Shown: positions 11,138 through 23,140, counted from the first letter of the stretch. The stretch: 64,000 nt of DNA from Candidatus Poribacteria bacterium (GCA_964291315.2 OZ219753.1:448001-512000); one strand, 5' to 3'. Notes: generated by a model from the sequence alone, not told the origin. Made by a program: numbers and translations.

Positions 11138-11548
11138 TTAACTAGATGTTGCTGCCACTTCAGCTTTTTCATCTATGCCGGTTGCTATGTCTTCAGATGC
11201 CTCATTACTTTCCAAGGTCGTCTGTTTCGCCTCGGCAGCGAGCTCTGTTTTCAGTTTATTGATATCGCCTTCATAACAGACAATCATGTAACGCAGGATC
11301 GTCTCAATGACATGTAAAGATCTGTTGAGTTCAGCGACTAAATTCGGGGGGCTCTCAAAAATGTAAAGCACATAGTAACCTTCGCTACGTTTCCGAATCG
11401 GATAGGCCAGCCGCTTCTTTCCCCAAGGATCAACCTTTAAAAGAGATCCGCTACTTTCGATAATGTCCTTTACTTGATTCGTAAGAGCTTCTGCTTCGCT
11501 CTCATCACAGTCGGGGGTGATGATAAGCAAGAGTTCGTAAGGATTCAA
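11138..11548 (-). CDS. rpsF: 30S ribosomal protein S6
   Basis: YELLLII, WGKKRLAYPI, GYY; TTG start; rpsF-ssb-rpsR-rplI-dnaB order. Confidence 0.95.
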   Translation of the reverse strand: MNPYELLLIITPDCDESEAEALTNQVKDIIESSGSLLKVDPWGKKRLAYPIRKRSEGYYVLYIFESPPNLVAELNRSLHVIETILRYMIVCYEGDINKLKTELAAEAKQTTLESNEASEDIATGIDEKAEVAATSS

Positions 11549-11552
11549 ATTG

Positions 11553-11612
11553 CTATGCCTCTCTTTGGACTAATGGCATCCCTGCAATTTTAACAAGAGC
11601 AGGGGCAGAGAT
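11553..11612 (-). promoter_or_regulatory. Putative rpsF leader (S6:S18-binding cis-regulatory RNA)
   Basis: Minus strand TCTCTGCCCCTGC...GCAGGG...TTAGTCCAAAGAGAGG: CCCTGC/GCAGGG hairpin and CTCT/AGAG pairing over the SD, directly upstream of rpsF. Judged by eye only. Confidence 0.5.
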
Positions 11613-12041
11613 TAAGGAAGTAAATTCCGCCTAGCGTGAACATGCTGAGAATGCAATCACACCTTAAACGGCATTCAATTCACCAATTGTTAGTTTATAT
11701 AATTATACCACATTTTGATCCCTATATCAACCAAAAACCAATTTTTTACAAAATTACTTAAACAGAGCAACTATCATTCATAGCAGAATAGGTAAAGCGT
11801 ACTCTGGAGATGTACTGGACAATGCCCCTGACGTGCTGATGAAGTCGGAGCACTGTTTCTAATCCTGCCCCAATCGAGAAAGGTAAGCTAACGTGAGTGT
11901 GAAAAAAGTTTAGTGTTTAGAGCTGCTTGGTAAATCGTGTCTCTGCCGGAGTTCAGCGAGGGACTATACTGAGGAAATACTGCCTCTACAGTTTTCAAAA
12001 TTATACAAATGGGTTCTCTTTTCCGAAAAAAAGCAGTGAAT

Positions 12042-12061
12042 TATCTATCAAACTCACGTTA
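12042..12061 (+). repeat. 20-bp direct repeat, copy 1 (TATCTATCAAACTCACGTTA)
   Basis: 19/20 identical to 15121-15140; the two copies bracket the methyltransferase gene. Confidence 0.8.
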
Positions 12062-12155
12062 TAATATGCCTACAGATGTGCGTTTTGTATCAACTAAAAA
12101 ACGCACAATTTCATTACCAACCTAACCCTTGATTTTCGATAAATGAGGTCCCAGA

Positions 12156-15111
12156 ATGTCAGCAAAGAAACGCACCGCTAAGCCAAAAGAGGTCCGAGAC
12201 TACCGACACGGCACCGCTACGCGAAAGAATAACCCGCCTGCAGGCATCGCCGCACAAGGGAAGATCCAAGAGCCCCCGAAACGGCAATACGCATACAACC
12301 CACACCTGCCACCGAGTCTCCGATCCGACCCAGACGCAGACGCAGACAAACTCCCCGAACTCCTCCACACCGCACAGCAGCGACCGCTCTCCGCAGATGA
12401 GGCGAAGACGCTCGCCGAGGCACTCCGACACCACGCCCCCTGGCTTGAATGGACAGGCAAACAGGAGAACGCAACCTTCAGCGTCGACCCCGTGGCACTC
12501 CACATCCACGAGCGTGTCAGCAGCAAAGCAATCCTGAAAACCGCAAAGCGCCAAAACGTCCAGCGCGAACTCTTCGCTGATCCGCAGCAGGATTACAGCA
12601 GAGCGGTTGACTTTTACCAACACGATGTAGATTGGGCGAATCGCCTGATCCTTGGGGATAGTCTCACGGTGATGAGTTCCCTTGCACAACGTGAAAATCT
12701 CGGGGGCAAGGTGCAGATGATCTACATAGACCCGCCGTATGGCATCAAGTTTGCCTCTAACTTCCAACCCAGCACTTTTCAGCGGGATGTGAAAGAGAGG
12801 TCCCAGGACTTGACGCGTGAGCGTGAGCAGATCAAGGCGTATCGGGATACGTGGCGTTTGGGTATCCACTCATATCTTGCGTATCTGCGAGATCGGTTGA
12901 TTGTTGCGAAGGAGTTGTTGACCGATAGCGGCAGCGTCTTTGTGCAGATAGGAGATGAGAATGTGCATCGCGTGCGATGTGTCATGGACGAGGTGTTCGG
13001 GAGCGAGAATTTTGTCAACCAATTGATTTTCACTAAAACTAGATCTTTAGTTTCATCGGATTTTGTGACGACGATATGTGATTACATTCTTTGGTATGCC
13101 AGAGACAAAAAGTTAGCAAAACGGAAAATGAGAAAAGTCTTTTTGAAGCGACAGGATAATAGTCTCGCGTCTCATTTTGAGAATTCCAATGGGGAAATTC
13201 TGACTGTTCGGGAGCATAATTTGAAACAGCAAGATGATGAATCTGTTGAGGATTACAAGCCTTTTATGTCAGATAATTTAATTCGTCGACCCAACCCTGA
13301 AATCGCTTTTGATTGGCAAGGTATAAAAATCCAGGGACGCTTTAGAACTAACGAACAAGGCATAAAACGTGCCTTGCAAGCAAATAGAATTTTGTTTACA
13401 AGATCAGGTATCCGGTATAAATTTTTTCTTGATGACTTCCCTGTTTCACCACTCAACCATCTTTGGAGTGATGTGATTGGTGCACAAAATCCTGTCTATA
13501 TTGTTCAAACGAATACAAAAGTCATTGAACGCTGCCTTCTCATGACGACAGATCCCGGCGATCTTGTCCTCGATCCAACTTGTGGAAGTGGCAGCACCGC
13601 GTATGTTGCCGAGCAGTGGGGCAGACGCTGGATAACCATTGATACCAGCCGCGTGGCTGTCGCCTTAGCCCGACAACGCTTATTGACAGGAGCCTTTGAT
13701 TACTACAAACTCAAGGATGAGTCGAAAGGCATCGCGGGTGGCTTCATCAATAAACAAGCTCCGCATATCACCCTCAAAAGTATCGCCCAAAACACTGCCC
13801 TGGATCCGATTTTTGAGAAACATGAGCCGATATTGAAAGAGAAGTTGGATACTCTGAACGACAACTTATCACAGATTACCCCCCCCGCTTCGCATAAAAC
13901 TCCTCGCAAAACTCACCGATAAGCAGAAAAAACACGGCAAAACTGCTATCACAGACGCAGATAAAAGACGCTGGCAGCTACCAGATACACACTGGAACGA
14001 CTGGCAAGTACCCTTCGATACAGACCCCGACTGGCCAAAACCACTACAACACGCTCTCATAAACTACCGAAACGCATGGCAAGCAAAGATGCACGATGTC
14101 AACGCATGCATCGCCGCAGCATCTGAAACCGAAGAATTTGTCGATCAGCCACACATCGACAGAAAACGAGTGCGCGTCACCGGACCCTTCACCGTAGAGG
14201 CAGTGCAACCCGCAGAAGAGTCGCTCGACCTTGATTCACCCATCGCAGCACAACCCGAAGAAGTCAAAACCACTTTTGATGCCGAAACCGACACGCACCA
14301 AGCAGTCAATGCCGAGGCATACCTCGAACAGATGATACATCACCTCCGACACGACGGCGTCCGATTCCCTAATAACAACACCTTGAAATTCCACACCCTC
14401 GACCCCCTCGAAGCCGATATCCTCCACGCAGAAGGCACTTGGAAACACTGCGATACCGAATGCTCCGTCGCCGTCGCATTTGGACCGCAACACGGTCCTG
14501 TTACCGCAATGCAAGTCGAGGCGTGTCTGCCCATCGCCTCCCGCCGCGGCTACGATGAACTTGTCTTCGCAGGGTTCAGTTTTGACGGCGCGGCACAAGC
14601 AGTTATCCAAGAGGATCCGAACCCCAGGGTCCGTATCCACATGGCACACATCAACCCGGATGTCGCAATGGGCGGACTCCTCAAGCAGACACCCTCAACG
14701 CAGCTCTTTACCGTCTTCGGAATGCCCCGCACGACTCTTGAGGAAGCCGGCGAAGAGGAATATATTATCAAGATGGAAGGCGTGGACATCTACAACCCGG
14801 TAGACAACACGGTCAGCTCTGCGGGTGCGGATAAGGTGGCGGCGTGGTTTGTGGATAGCGACTACGATGGGCGCACGTTCTGCATCACGCAAGCCTTCTT
14901 CCCGGACAAGACAGCATGGAAGAAGATCGCCCGTGCCTTGAGAGGCGTTATTGATGAAGAGCAGTTTGAGCGTTTCAGCGGCACAACGTCGTTTCCGTTC
15001 CGTCTCGGACCGCATAAACAGGTGGCGGTCAAAGTCATCGACCCGCGCGGAAATGAGGTGATGCGCTTACATAATGTGGCAGACCCAAAGCGTTCTCTTT
15101 GGACAAAGTAA
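12156..15111 (+). pseudogene. Type III Mod-like N6-adenine DNA methyltransferase, frameshifted at a C8 tract (ORFs 12156-13922 and 14089-15111)
   Basis: IYIDPPYG and DPTCGSGST (beta order); C-terminal AVKVIDPRGNE. Deleting one C at 13879-13886 gives an open frame (LRIKLLAKL...WNDWQVPFDTDPDWP...) continuous with ATG 14089, about 984 aa in total. Confidence 0.85.
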
Positions 15112-15120
15112 ACACGGACG

Positions 15121-15140
15121 TATCTATCAAACTTACGTTA
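15121..15140 (+). repeat. 20-bp direct repeat, copy 2 (TATCTATCAAACTTACGTTA)
   Basis: Matches 12042-12061; begins 10 nt after the methyltransferase stop. Confidence 0.8.
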
Positions 15141-15432
15141 GTAATACATATTAGCACATAAAATTTTGAAGTCCCTGATTCTGCTGCCATTTTTTCATCA
15201 GATTTGTTTGCTTTCTTAACTGATTTATAGTATAATTAATAATAGGTCTGTAATAGCGCGGTTCATAGATGTTTAATTCATTGTGCATGAATCGCCCCGG
15301 TTTCTACTGCTTCATCCGTTTTGAATCTTAGGAGTATTTACTTGTAGGAGCGAGATCTCCTCCCTTGTATTGCTAACCTCTTTCTGCTAATCACTTATGT
15401 GGTTAATCACCATATCAAAATAGGAGAGTCTA

Positions 15433-17370
15433 ATGCAATCTCAAAATATTATTGAGGAACAGTACCACGAAGCTGCGAACGCTCTCATCGAGAAAGTCGA
15501 GAAGGATCCCTATATTCTTGCAGTGATTGTCGCTGGTAGTTTTTCTTATGCGCAAGTATGGGAAAAATCGGACCTTGATGTCGAACTCATCGGCAGAGAT
15601 GCAATGCGTCCTACCCAACCCTTCTTTTTGCTCGTCGAGAACGGTGTAAACATCCACGCTAATATAACGCCACGGAACGTTTTTAAACAGACGATAGAGA
15701 GTGCACAACAAGGGTCTTTCATGCACTCTTATTTCTCACACAGCACCCTTCTCTTTTCACGCGATGCCTCTATTGAGGAGTGGTATGATAAAAATGCCGA
15801 CCGTAACAGCATCGGGGAACGCGATAAACAGCGCCAACTCCTCAATGTTGTCTCCAGTACTTTGCCGAGCCTTCTATATGCTGAAAAGCAATTTTACGTT
15901 AATCACGATTGTCTCACCGCCTTTTTGTCTATACTCGACGTGGTCCAAGGGCTAGCACGGATAGAAGTCCTTTTAAATAACAAAATCCCCGCCCGCGAGG
16001 TCATCCAACCCGCGCTCCAATATAACCCCGACTTCTTCAACCACGTCTATACCGATCTAATCAGCTGTGAAAAGAATGAATCTGTTATTCAGGGCGCGCT
16101 CCAGGCAATTAATGGGTATCTCGATGAACGGCAGTTTATCTTTCAACCCATTCTCGATTATCTAGATGAACAGAAGGTGCCTCGCACCGGCACCGAATTG
16201 AACGCTGACTTAGGACGCGGGCGACATAATGATGAGGAAGGATCCCACAAATTTAATGAAGAGTCACTCGACTTGTTATGCCAATGGTTGACGTGGAAAG
16301 GTATTATCAGACAAGTCGCAATGCCTCTAAAACTTACGGTGAAAAGCCAAGTCGCTGTGGAAGAACCCGCCTACTATTACGACGGCACCAAGCCACAACA
16401 GGCACAGACACCTTATAAGAATGACATCCACACACACATTCACGCCGCCCTCGCCAGTCTAACGGACACTCTCGAACAGGATCGGTACGTTCTAGCTGCT
16501 ATTCTCACGAGCAACCTCGCCGAAGACAATGTCTGGAAAAAGACCGCTGTTCACATAACCTTGATTTTCCGAGATGGTACAAAATTTAAAGAGAAAAAGT
16601 TTCAACTCGTCGAACACAGTATCCCGTTCCGAGTTGAGCTCTACACGCGCAGCAATTATAGGAAATTGCTTGAGAGAACGCTGCAAGGCAGCTCACTCCA
16701 TTCAATCCTTGCAGAGAGCCGTGTCCTCTTTTCGAAGGACGGCCTTTTCGCAGTAGATAGCGATGCGAATCTTCTTGTTGGTGATCCTTCCTGTTTGCAG
16801 GTCGGTGATAGAGATAAGCAATCCCAGCTTTTCAACGCTGCTGCTGGCGTGACAGCGATCCTCGCGAAAGCTGAGAAATGGTTACATCTCAAACACGACA
16901 TCGACTACACATTTCTATATTTAAAGTACGCTATCAGAGAGCTGGCACGTATTGAAGTTCTCAAACACAACGAGACACCCAGACGCAAAGTTATCTATCA
17001 AGCTCTCACATACAACCCGTCCTTTTTCAACTCCGTTTTCATCGATCTTGTAGACAAACCTAAAGACGAAACCATGCTTCGCGAGGCGCTTGAACAAATC
17101 GACCAATATCTGGAAGCCAATTTACAGTTATTGTTCAAACCGTTGTTTGATTTTTTAGAAGGAGCAAATGAGAAGCAGACGATAACCGATCTCTACACAC
17201 ATTTCGGTAACCGTGCCCTTCCCCTCGAATTAGCGTGTGAGTGGCTTGCACAGAAAGAGATCATCGAGCAATTCTCTGCACCGGTCCGTTTGACTATGGA
17301 TAGCCAAGTTTCCGTAGAAGAACCTTCATATTACTTCGATGCAAATAATCCGTTTTTGTTTAGTGTGTAA
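15433..17370 (+). CDS. Internally duplicated nucleotidyltransferase-fold protein
   Basis: GSFSY...SDLD pol-beta NTase motif in the first half; the halves share RDKQxQL, LARIEVL, ALxYNPxFFN and VEEPxYY. Confidence 0.7.
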   Translation: MQSQNIIEEQYHEAANALIEKVEKDPYILAVIVAGSFSYAQVWEKSDLDVELIGRDAMRPTQPFFLLVENGVNIHANITPRNVFKQTIESAQQGSFMHSYFSHSTLLFSRDASIEEWYDKNADRNSIGERDKQRQLLNVVSSTLPSLLYAEKQFYVNHDCLTAFLSILDVVQGLARIEVLLNNKIPAREVIQPALQYNPDFFNHVYTDLISCEKNESVIQGALQAINGYLDERQFIFQPILDYLDEQKVPRTGTELNADLGRGRHNDEEGSHKFNEESLDLLCQWLTWKGIIRQVAMPLKLTVKSQVAVEEPAYYYDGTKPQQAQTPYKNDIHTHIHAALASLTDTLEQDRYVLAAILTSNLAEDNVWKKTAVHITLIFRDGTKFKEKKFQLVEHSIPFRVELYTRSNYRKLLERTLQGSSLHSILAESRVLFSKDGLFAVDSDANLLVGDPSCLQVGDRDKQSQLFNAAAGVTAILAKAEKWLHLKHDIDYTFLYLKYAIRELARIEVLKHNETPRRKVIYQALTYNPSFFNSVFIDLVDKPKDETMLREALEQIDQYLEANLQLLFKPLFDFLEGANEKQTITDLYTHFGNRALPLELACEWLAQKEIIEQFSAPVRLTMDSQVSVEEPSYYFDANNPFLFSV

Positions 17371-17640
17371 TGGCGTTATAAATTATTGAAAATTATCACA
17401 TGTAGACATTGGACGCAAGAAATCAAAGCTGAATGCTTGTGTTCCCGCAAGGTGAAAGTTAACCGAGTTGCGGATGAACCCCAATGCTTATCCTGCACAT
17501 TCTCGAATCTTGTAAATCCTGGGCCCAACCAATACCAACAGCTGATAACCAACGGCCATCGGTAGGTTTACTCCAAATCTCGACATCTGACCGATGGCTG
17601 CCAACAACTCATAAATTAACGAGACTATCGGAGAGGAGAC

Positions 17641-20511
17641 ATGAGACAAACTGTTGCAGTTAAAGGCGCGCGCGAAAACAATCTACAAAATATTGAAGTC
17701 GAAATCCCGCGGAACCAGCTCGTCGTCGTCACGGGTATCAGCGGTTCCGGTAAATCATCGCTAGCATTCGATACCATCTATGCTGAAGGACAGCGCCGAT
17801 TCCTTGAGTCGATATCCACGTACGCTAAACGTTTTATCACTCAGCTTAAGAAACCTGATGTCGACTTCATTGACGGGCTGTCCCCGGTTGTCTCTATAGA
17901 GCAAAAGACGATCACTATGAACCCGCGCTCCACCGTCGGCACAATGACCGATTTGCAGGACTACCTCCGTATGCTCTTCGCAACTATCGGTGCGGCATAC
18001 TGTCCATATTGTGAAACCCAAATACCCATCCGATCGCACCGTCAAATCTTGGAGCGTCTGCTTGCAATGCCAGAAGGTTCCCAAGTTGAGATTCACGCCC
18101 CCGTCTTTAAAATCTACGGCGAGGATTATGACTATCTCTTCGACGACATCCGTACGAAAGGCTGTAGGCACGTTAGAATAGACGGCATCGAACACGACAT
18201 TAGCGAAGAAATTGAACTCGACCCGGACCTCGAATACAACATACAGGTCATCGTCGACAAATTTTTTATTAAAAAGGATATTGATATACAAGTCCTTGCC
18301 TCTCTTGAACATGCAATGCTCATCGGTGAGGGTTTCATGCGTTTTGATGTCCAGTTTCCTCAGGAAACCAAATCGGATACTATAGACCCTTTAGAAGGTT
18401 TTGGATGTCTGAAACATGGAATGATCATGACTGAACTTGGACCGCATCACTTCACCTTTAACGAACCGACCGGGGCATGTGGAACCTGTTCTGGACTCGG
18501 TACTTATTTACAGGTACACCCAAACTTGCTTGTTCCTGACAGGAGCCGGAGTATCGCCGAAGGGGCATTTGTCCATCAAGCCTTTAACTACGATCCCGAT
18601 CGCTGGGACGGCAGAACAATGTACAGCCTTGCTGCACACTACGGGTTTGACTTAGAGACGCCTTTCGCAGACCTACCTGAACGGATCGTTGATATTCTCT
18701 ATTATGGGACGCGCGGTGAGGAATTCCCTATCCGACAGCCTGAAGGCGCACGACCGATCGAAAAACGCCACGTCGGTCGAAAAATCCGCTTTGATGGAAT
18801 CGCCACACGGATCGACAGGCACTATAGAAACTACCGAAAGCGCGGAGAAGCACACTCCGGTATGGAAGAGTATCTCCGAAAGGTAATGGTAGAGCGCACC
18901 TGCCCTGATTGCGGCGGTACAAAGCTCAAAAAACAGCGACTTCTCGTTACCATTGAGAACCAGACGATCCATGATGTTGGCGAACTACACTTTGAAGAGT
19001 TGCGAGATTTCTTGCTAAGTATCACAGACATGCACGAAAAACAGCAAGAAGCGGGTGAACGGATTATCAAGGAACTCGTCTCTCGGATTAACTTGCTCCT
19101 TGGCATCGGACTCGACTACCTGAATCTCAACCGGCGGTCCGCCACACTCTCCGGCGGTGAATCCCAGCGCATCCGTCTCTCTACACAGATCGGCTCAGGA
19201 TTGATGGGCATGCTCTATGTGCTTGATGAGCCCAGCATCGGTTTACACCCAAAAGACAATGTTAAAATGATAGAGACGCTGCGGAAATTGCGCGACATTG
19301 GCAACACCGTCATCGTCGTTGAACACGATGAAAGCACAATCCGTGCTGCAGATCACATCATTGAACTCGGACCAGGACCTGGTGTCCACGGTGGACATAT
19401 CGTCGTCCAAGGCGACCTTGATACAATTCTTGACTGCCCCAAGTCTTGGACAGGTCTCTATATGAGTGGCAGACGTGAGATTTCGCTACCGAAACACCGG
19501 CGCCACTTGAACGGCAAATTCTTAAGCATCACCGGAGCAAAGGAAAACAATCTCAGAAATATTGATGTCGACATACCGCTCGGGATCTTTATCTGCATTA
19601 CCGGGGCTTCCGGTTCAGGCAAAAGCACGCTCGTCAACGAGATTCTCTATAAGAAACTTTATTCCCTCTATCATGACAGTCGAACCCTCTATGGCGTACA
19701 CGATGAATTGGACGGGCACGAGTACATAGATGGTGTAATTAACATAGATCAATCTCCGATAGGGCGTTCACCGCGTTCTAACCCGGCGACCTATATCGGA
19801 TTTTACGATAATATCCGCAAGCTTTTTGCTAGCACTCCGCTTGCAGCTGCAAGGGGCTACACCGCTTCACGTTTTAGCTTCAATGTCAAAGGTGGACGGT
19901 GTGAAGAATGCCACGGTGAAGGCACTATTACCACGCAGCTCCATTTCATGCCGGATGTAGAGGTCGTCTGTCCAACCTGTAAAGGGGCGCGTTACAATGA
20001 AGATACGCTTAATGTAACCTACAACGGCAGAAATATCTCCGAAATCCTGAATATGTCAATTGAGGAAGGCGTTGAATTTTTCTCCGATCAGCGGCTCATC
20101 CATCACAAACTGAATGTTCTCAATCAGCTCGGTATAGGGTATCTCCAGATTGGACATCCCGCCACTATTCTTTCCGGCGGAGAGGCACAACGGATAAAGT
20201 TGGCAAGCGAGCTCGGTAAAATCAAACGAGGGAAACATAATCTCTATATCTTAGATGAACCCACCACTGGACTCCACATGGCGGACGTTCAGAAGCTCTT
20301 AGACAGTCTCAATCGCCTTGTTGATAATGGACACACCGTTCTTGTGATTGAGCACCATCTGGATGTCATTAAAACCGCCGATTATGTGATTGATCTCGGG
20401 CCAGAAGGTGGACATAAGGGCGGAGAAGTTTTAGCGCACGGCACCCCCGAAGAAATTGCCAAAGTCAAAGCCTCTTACACAGGGAAATTCCTGAAGGAGT
20501 ACCTGATCTAA
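17641..20511 (+). CDS. uvrA: Excinuclease ABC subunit UvrA (possibly a paralog)
   Basis: [29 protein letters not shown], two LSGGE signatures, zinc fingers. Confidence 0.93.
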   Translation: MRQTVAVKGARENNLQNIEVEIPRNQLVVVTGISGSGKSSLAFDTIYAEGQRRFLESISTYAKRFITQLKKPDVDFIDGLSPVVSIEQKTITMNPRSTVGTMTDLQDYLRMLFATIGAAYCPYCETQIPIRSHRQILERLLAMPEGSQVEIHAPVFKIYGEDYDYLFDDIRTKGCRHVRIDGIEHDISEEIELDPDLEYNIQVIVDKFFIKKDIDIQVLASLEHAMLIGEGFMRFDVQFPQETKSDTIDPLEGFGCLKHGMIMTELGPHHFTFNEPTGACGTCSGLGTYLQVHPNLLVPDRSRSIAEGAFVHQAFNYDPDRWDGRTMYSLAAHYGFDLETPFADLPERIVDILYYGTRGEEFPIRQPEGARPIEKRHVGRKIRFDGIATRIDRHYRNYRKRGEAHSGMEEYLRKVMVERTCPDCGGTKLKKQRLLVTIENQTIHDVGELHFEELRDFLLSITDMHEKQQEAGERIIKELVSRINLLLGIGLDYLNLNRRSATLSGGESQRIRLSTQIGSGLMGMLYVLDEPSIGLHPKDNVKMIETLRKLRDIGNTVIVVEHDESTIRAADHIIELGPGPGVHGGHIVVQGDLDTILDCPKSWTGLYMSGRREISLPKHRRHLNGKFLSITGAKENNLRNIDVDIPLGIFICITGASGSGKSTLVNEILYKKLYSLYHDSRTLYGVHDELDGHEYIDGVINIDQSPIGRSPRSNPATYIGFYDNIRKLFASTPLAAARGYTASRFSFNVKGGRCEECHGEGTITTQLHFMPDVEVVCPTCKGARYNEDTLNVTYNGRNISEILNMSIEEGVEFFSDQRLIHHKLNVLNQLGIGYLQIGHPATILSGGEAQRIKLASELGKIKRGKHNLYILDEPTTGLHMADVQKLLDSLNRLVDNGHTVLVIEHHLDVIKTADYVIDLGPEGGHKGGEVLAHGTPEEIAKVKASYTGKFLKEYLI

Positions 20512-20922
20512 TTGGGACCGACCGCCAAAAGACTGGTAGTAACGACCAATAATAGTGGCGGGCCCCAAGACATCTACTGCAATTAAATAGACTAGCTCTG
20601 ATCCTGATCATTTAGGAGGCAGGATTTTTCAATGCAGCCTCCTAACACCAACAGAAACAGAAGATTCGGTAATCCCGAAAATCCTAATATTTTGTAAGTC
20701 CTTATTTAGACGACCAGACCTATCTACTGCTTGACCCACGACCATTAAAATATTCCACTTGCAAAATTAATTCTAAATTGTGTATACTTTATGGTATAGA
20801 ATTAAGATACTGCAAGGACTGCTTGTAAGTCTATCAAGGCGCACTGGTGAGAAAACCTAGGTGTGGAAAACCTTCTAAGGAACCTACAACTTGAATAAAT
20901 ATGACCAGACAAGAGGTAAACT

Positions 20923-23124
20923 TTGACCGATAACTTGTTAGGATCTCTGAACGATGTCCAGCGCGAGGCAGTCCAACACACCGACGGACCGCTCCTCATC
21001 TTGTCTGGGGCAGGCAGCGGCAAAACGCGCGTCATCACACACCGGATCGCTTATCTAATCAAACATCACGATGTTTCACCCTTCCATATTCTCGCCGTGA
21101 CTTTTACAAACAAGGCAGCAAATGAGATGAAGCAACGCTTGGATGGACTTATAGAAGGCAGTGTCAGCCAAAACCTCTGGGTATCCACTTTCCATGCGAC
21201 ATGTGCTCGCGTCCTTCGGCGAAATATTGAGAAATTGGACGCGCGGATAGAGACTGAAAACGCATCCGAAACCAGAAACCACGCGTACACCCGCTACTTT
21301 ACTATTTTCGATACAGGTGAACAGGCCACCGCCGTCAAAGATGTACTCCGACAGCTCAACTATAGCGATAAAAACTTCAACCCACACGCTATCCTTAGCC
21401 ACATCAGTCGCGCCAAAAATGAGTCTATCTCACCGGACACATTCCAAAAGGAGGCGGACGGCTATTTTGACAACGTGGTTGCAGAAGTCTATGCTCTTTA
21501 CCAAGACACGCTAAGTCTCAACAATGCCCTTGATTTTGATGACCTACTGCTCTTTACTGTTCAGCTCTTGCGTGAAAACACCGAGGTGCGTCAATACTAT
21601 CAGGACAAGTTCGAGTATATTCTCGTTGACGAATATCAGGATACCAACCGGTGTCAGTATGAACTTGTGCGTCTGCTGACTAGCACGAAACAGAACATCT
21701 GTGTTGTCGGGGATGACGACCAATCCATCTATGCTTTTCGCGGTGCCGACATCAGAAATATCCTCGATTTTGAGAAGGATTACCCGGGAACTCATGTCCT
21801 CCGCTTAGAACAAAACTATCGATCCACTCAAAATATCCTAGATGCAGCCTGGGGCGTTGTACACAACAACAGAGAGCGAAAGTCCAAAAAACTCTGGACA
21901 GAAAATGACATCGGTGAACTTGTTACCTGCTATGAGGCGGTCGACGAAAATGATGAGGCAGGTTACGTCGGAAATCAAATCTCGGATTGGCATAACGAGG
22001 GGGTTGATTACAAGGACTTTGCGATCTTCTACCGAACCAACGCCCAGTCTCGAATCTTTGAAGAAGCCCTTCGAGCTGCGAACATTCCGTATCAAATTGT
22101 CGGCGGGGTCGGCTTCTATGATCGCATGGAAGTTAAGGACCTCCTCGCCTATCTCCGTGTGATTTCTAATCCGAGCGACTCTATGAGCCTTCGACGTATC
22201 ATAAACGTGCCGAGCCGCGGCATTGGAAGTACCACGCTTCAAAGACTGATCGATTTTGCCGTACGGAAAAATATAACGCTTTTTGATGCAGTTCAGAGTG
22301 TTAATGAAATTTCCACAATTAACCGTGGTATTCAAGCGAAGGTTCAACGTTTTGCCGAGATTTTTGATCACTTCGACGCAACTGTAATGCCCGTGGATGC
22401 CCTCGACTATGTTCTAAAGGCAACAGGCTATCTCAAAAGTTTGAAGCAGCAGAATACAATCGAGGCGCAAAATCGAGTTGAGAACATTGAAGAACTCATT
22501 AACGCTGTTATCGAGTATCAACAAAACTACGCCGATCCGACACTATCGGACTATTTGGAAAATGTCGCTCTTACCACGGATATAGATCAAATGGAAACAG
22601 ACGCTACCGATCTGGTGACGTTGATGACTTTGCACAGTGCGAAGGGGCTAGAATTTCCGTTCGTTTTCATTGTCGGTATGGAAGAAGGTTATCTACCACA
22701 TCGACGCTCTCTCGATAGCCAGGTGGAATTAGAGGAAGAACGGAGACTCTGCTACGTTGGGATCACACGCACAATGGAGCAGCTATATCTGTTACACGCC
22801 AAGTCGAGGCGGACGTTCCGAGAGATAGAATATCGCACCCCATCTCGTTTTATCTATGAAATTCCAGAGCATCTCATCAAGCATGTTGATCGGTACCGCT
22901 CTCTATTTCATGAAAAAAGCGACTTATATGACGTGGTCTCTGAAGAGGGTTTATCAGATTACTATGTCGACCAGATCGTTCTCCACCCGACCTTCGGCAG
23001 AGGTAAAATAACAAGGGTTAATGAAACTGGACACGACATTTATATTACCGTTCGATTTAGTCGGGCCGGCACAAAGCGGCTCTCGGTTTCGGTTGCACCC
23101 TTACAAACAGTATCCGATTCATAA
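20923..23124 (+). CDS. pcrA: ATP-dependent DNA helicase PcrA/UvrD
   Basis: GAGSGKT, TFTNKAA, VDEYQDTN, LEQNYRST, TLHSAKGLEF, EERRLCYV, C-terminal Tudor-like HPTFGRG. Confidence 0.95.
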   Translation: MTDNLLGSLNDVQREAVQHTDGPLLILSGAGSGKTRVITHRIAYLIKHHDVSPFHILAVTFTNKAANEMKQRLDGLIEGSVSQNLWVSTFHATCARVLRRNIEKLDARIETENASETRNHAYTRYFTIFDTGEQATAVKDVLRQLNYSDKNFNPHAILSHISRAKNESISPDTFQKEADGYFDNVVAEVYALYQDTLSLNNALDFDDLLLFTVQLLRENTEVRQYYQDKFEYILVDEYQDTNRCQYELVRLLTSTKQNICVVGDDDQSIYAFRGADIRNILDFEKDYPGTHVLRLEQNYRSTQNILDAAWGVVHNNRERKSKKLWTENDIGELVTCYEAVDENDEAGYVGNQISDWHNEGVDYKDFAIFYRTNAQSRIFEEALRAANIPYQIVGGVGFYDRMEVKDLLAYLRVISNPSDSMSLRRIINVPSRGIGSTTLQRLIDFAVRKNITLFDAVQSVNEISTINRGIQAKVQRFAEIFDHFDATVMPVDALDYVLKATGYLKSLKQQNTIEAQNRVENIEELINAVIEYQQNYADPTLSDYLENVALTTDIDQMETDATDLVTLMTLHSAKGLEFPFVFIVGMEEGYLPHRRSLDSQVELEEERRLCYVGITRTMEQLYLLHAKSRRTFREIEYRTPSRFIYEIPEHLIKHVDRYRSLFHEKSDLYDVVSEEGLSDYYVDQIVLHPTFGRGKITRVNETGHDIYITVRFSRAGTKRLSVSVAPLQTVSDS

Positions 23125-23140
23125 GGAGACGGAATAAAAA

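Noticed and set aside
11830-11895. CTGATGA as a hammerhead ribozyme core
   Set aside because: No stem II followed by GAAA in the required arrangement could be built.
12159-12869. Long antisense ORFs (also 45547-46143, 47639-48229, 24179-24958)
   Set aside because: These are shadows of well-supported genes on the opposite strand, with no recognisable motifs.
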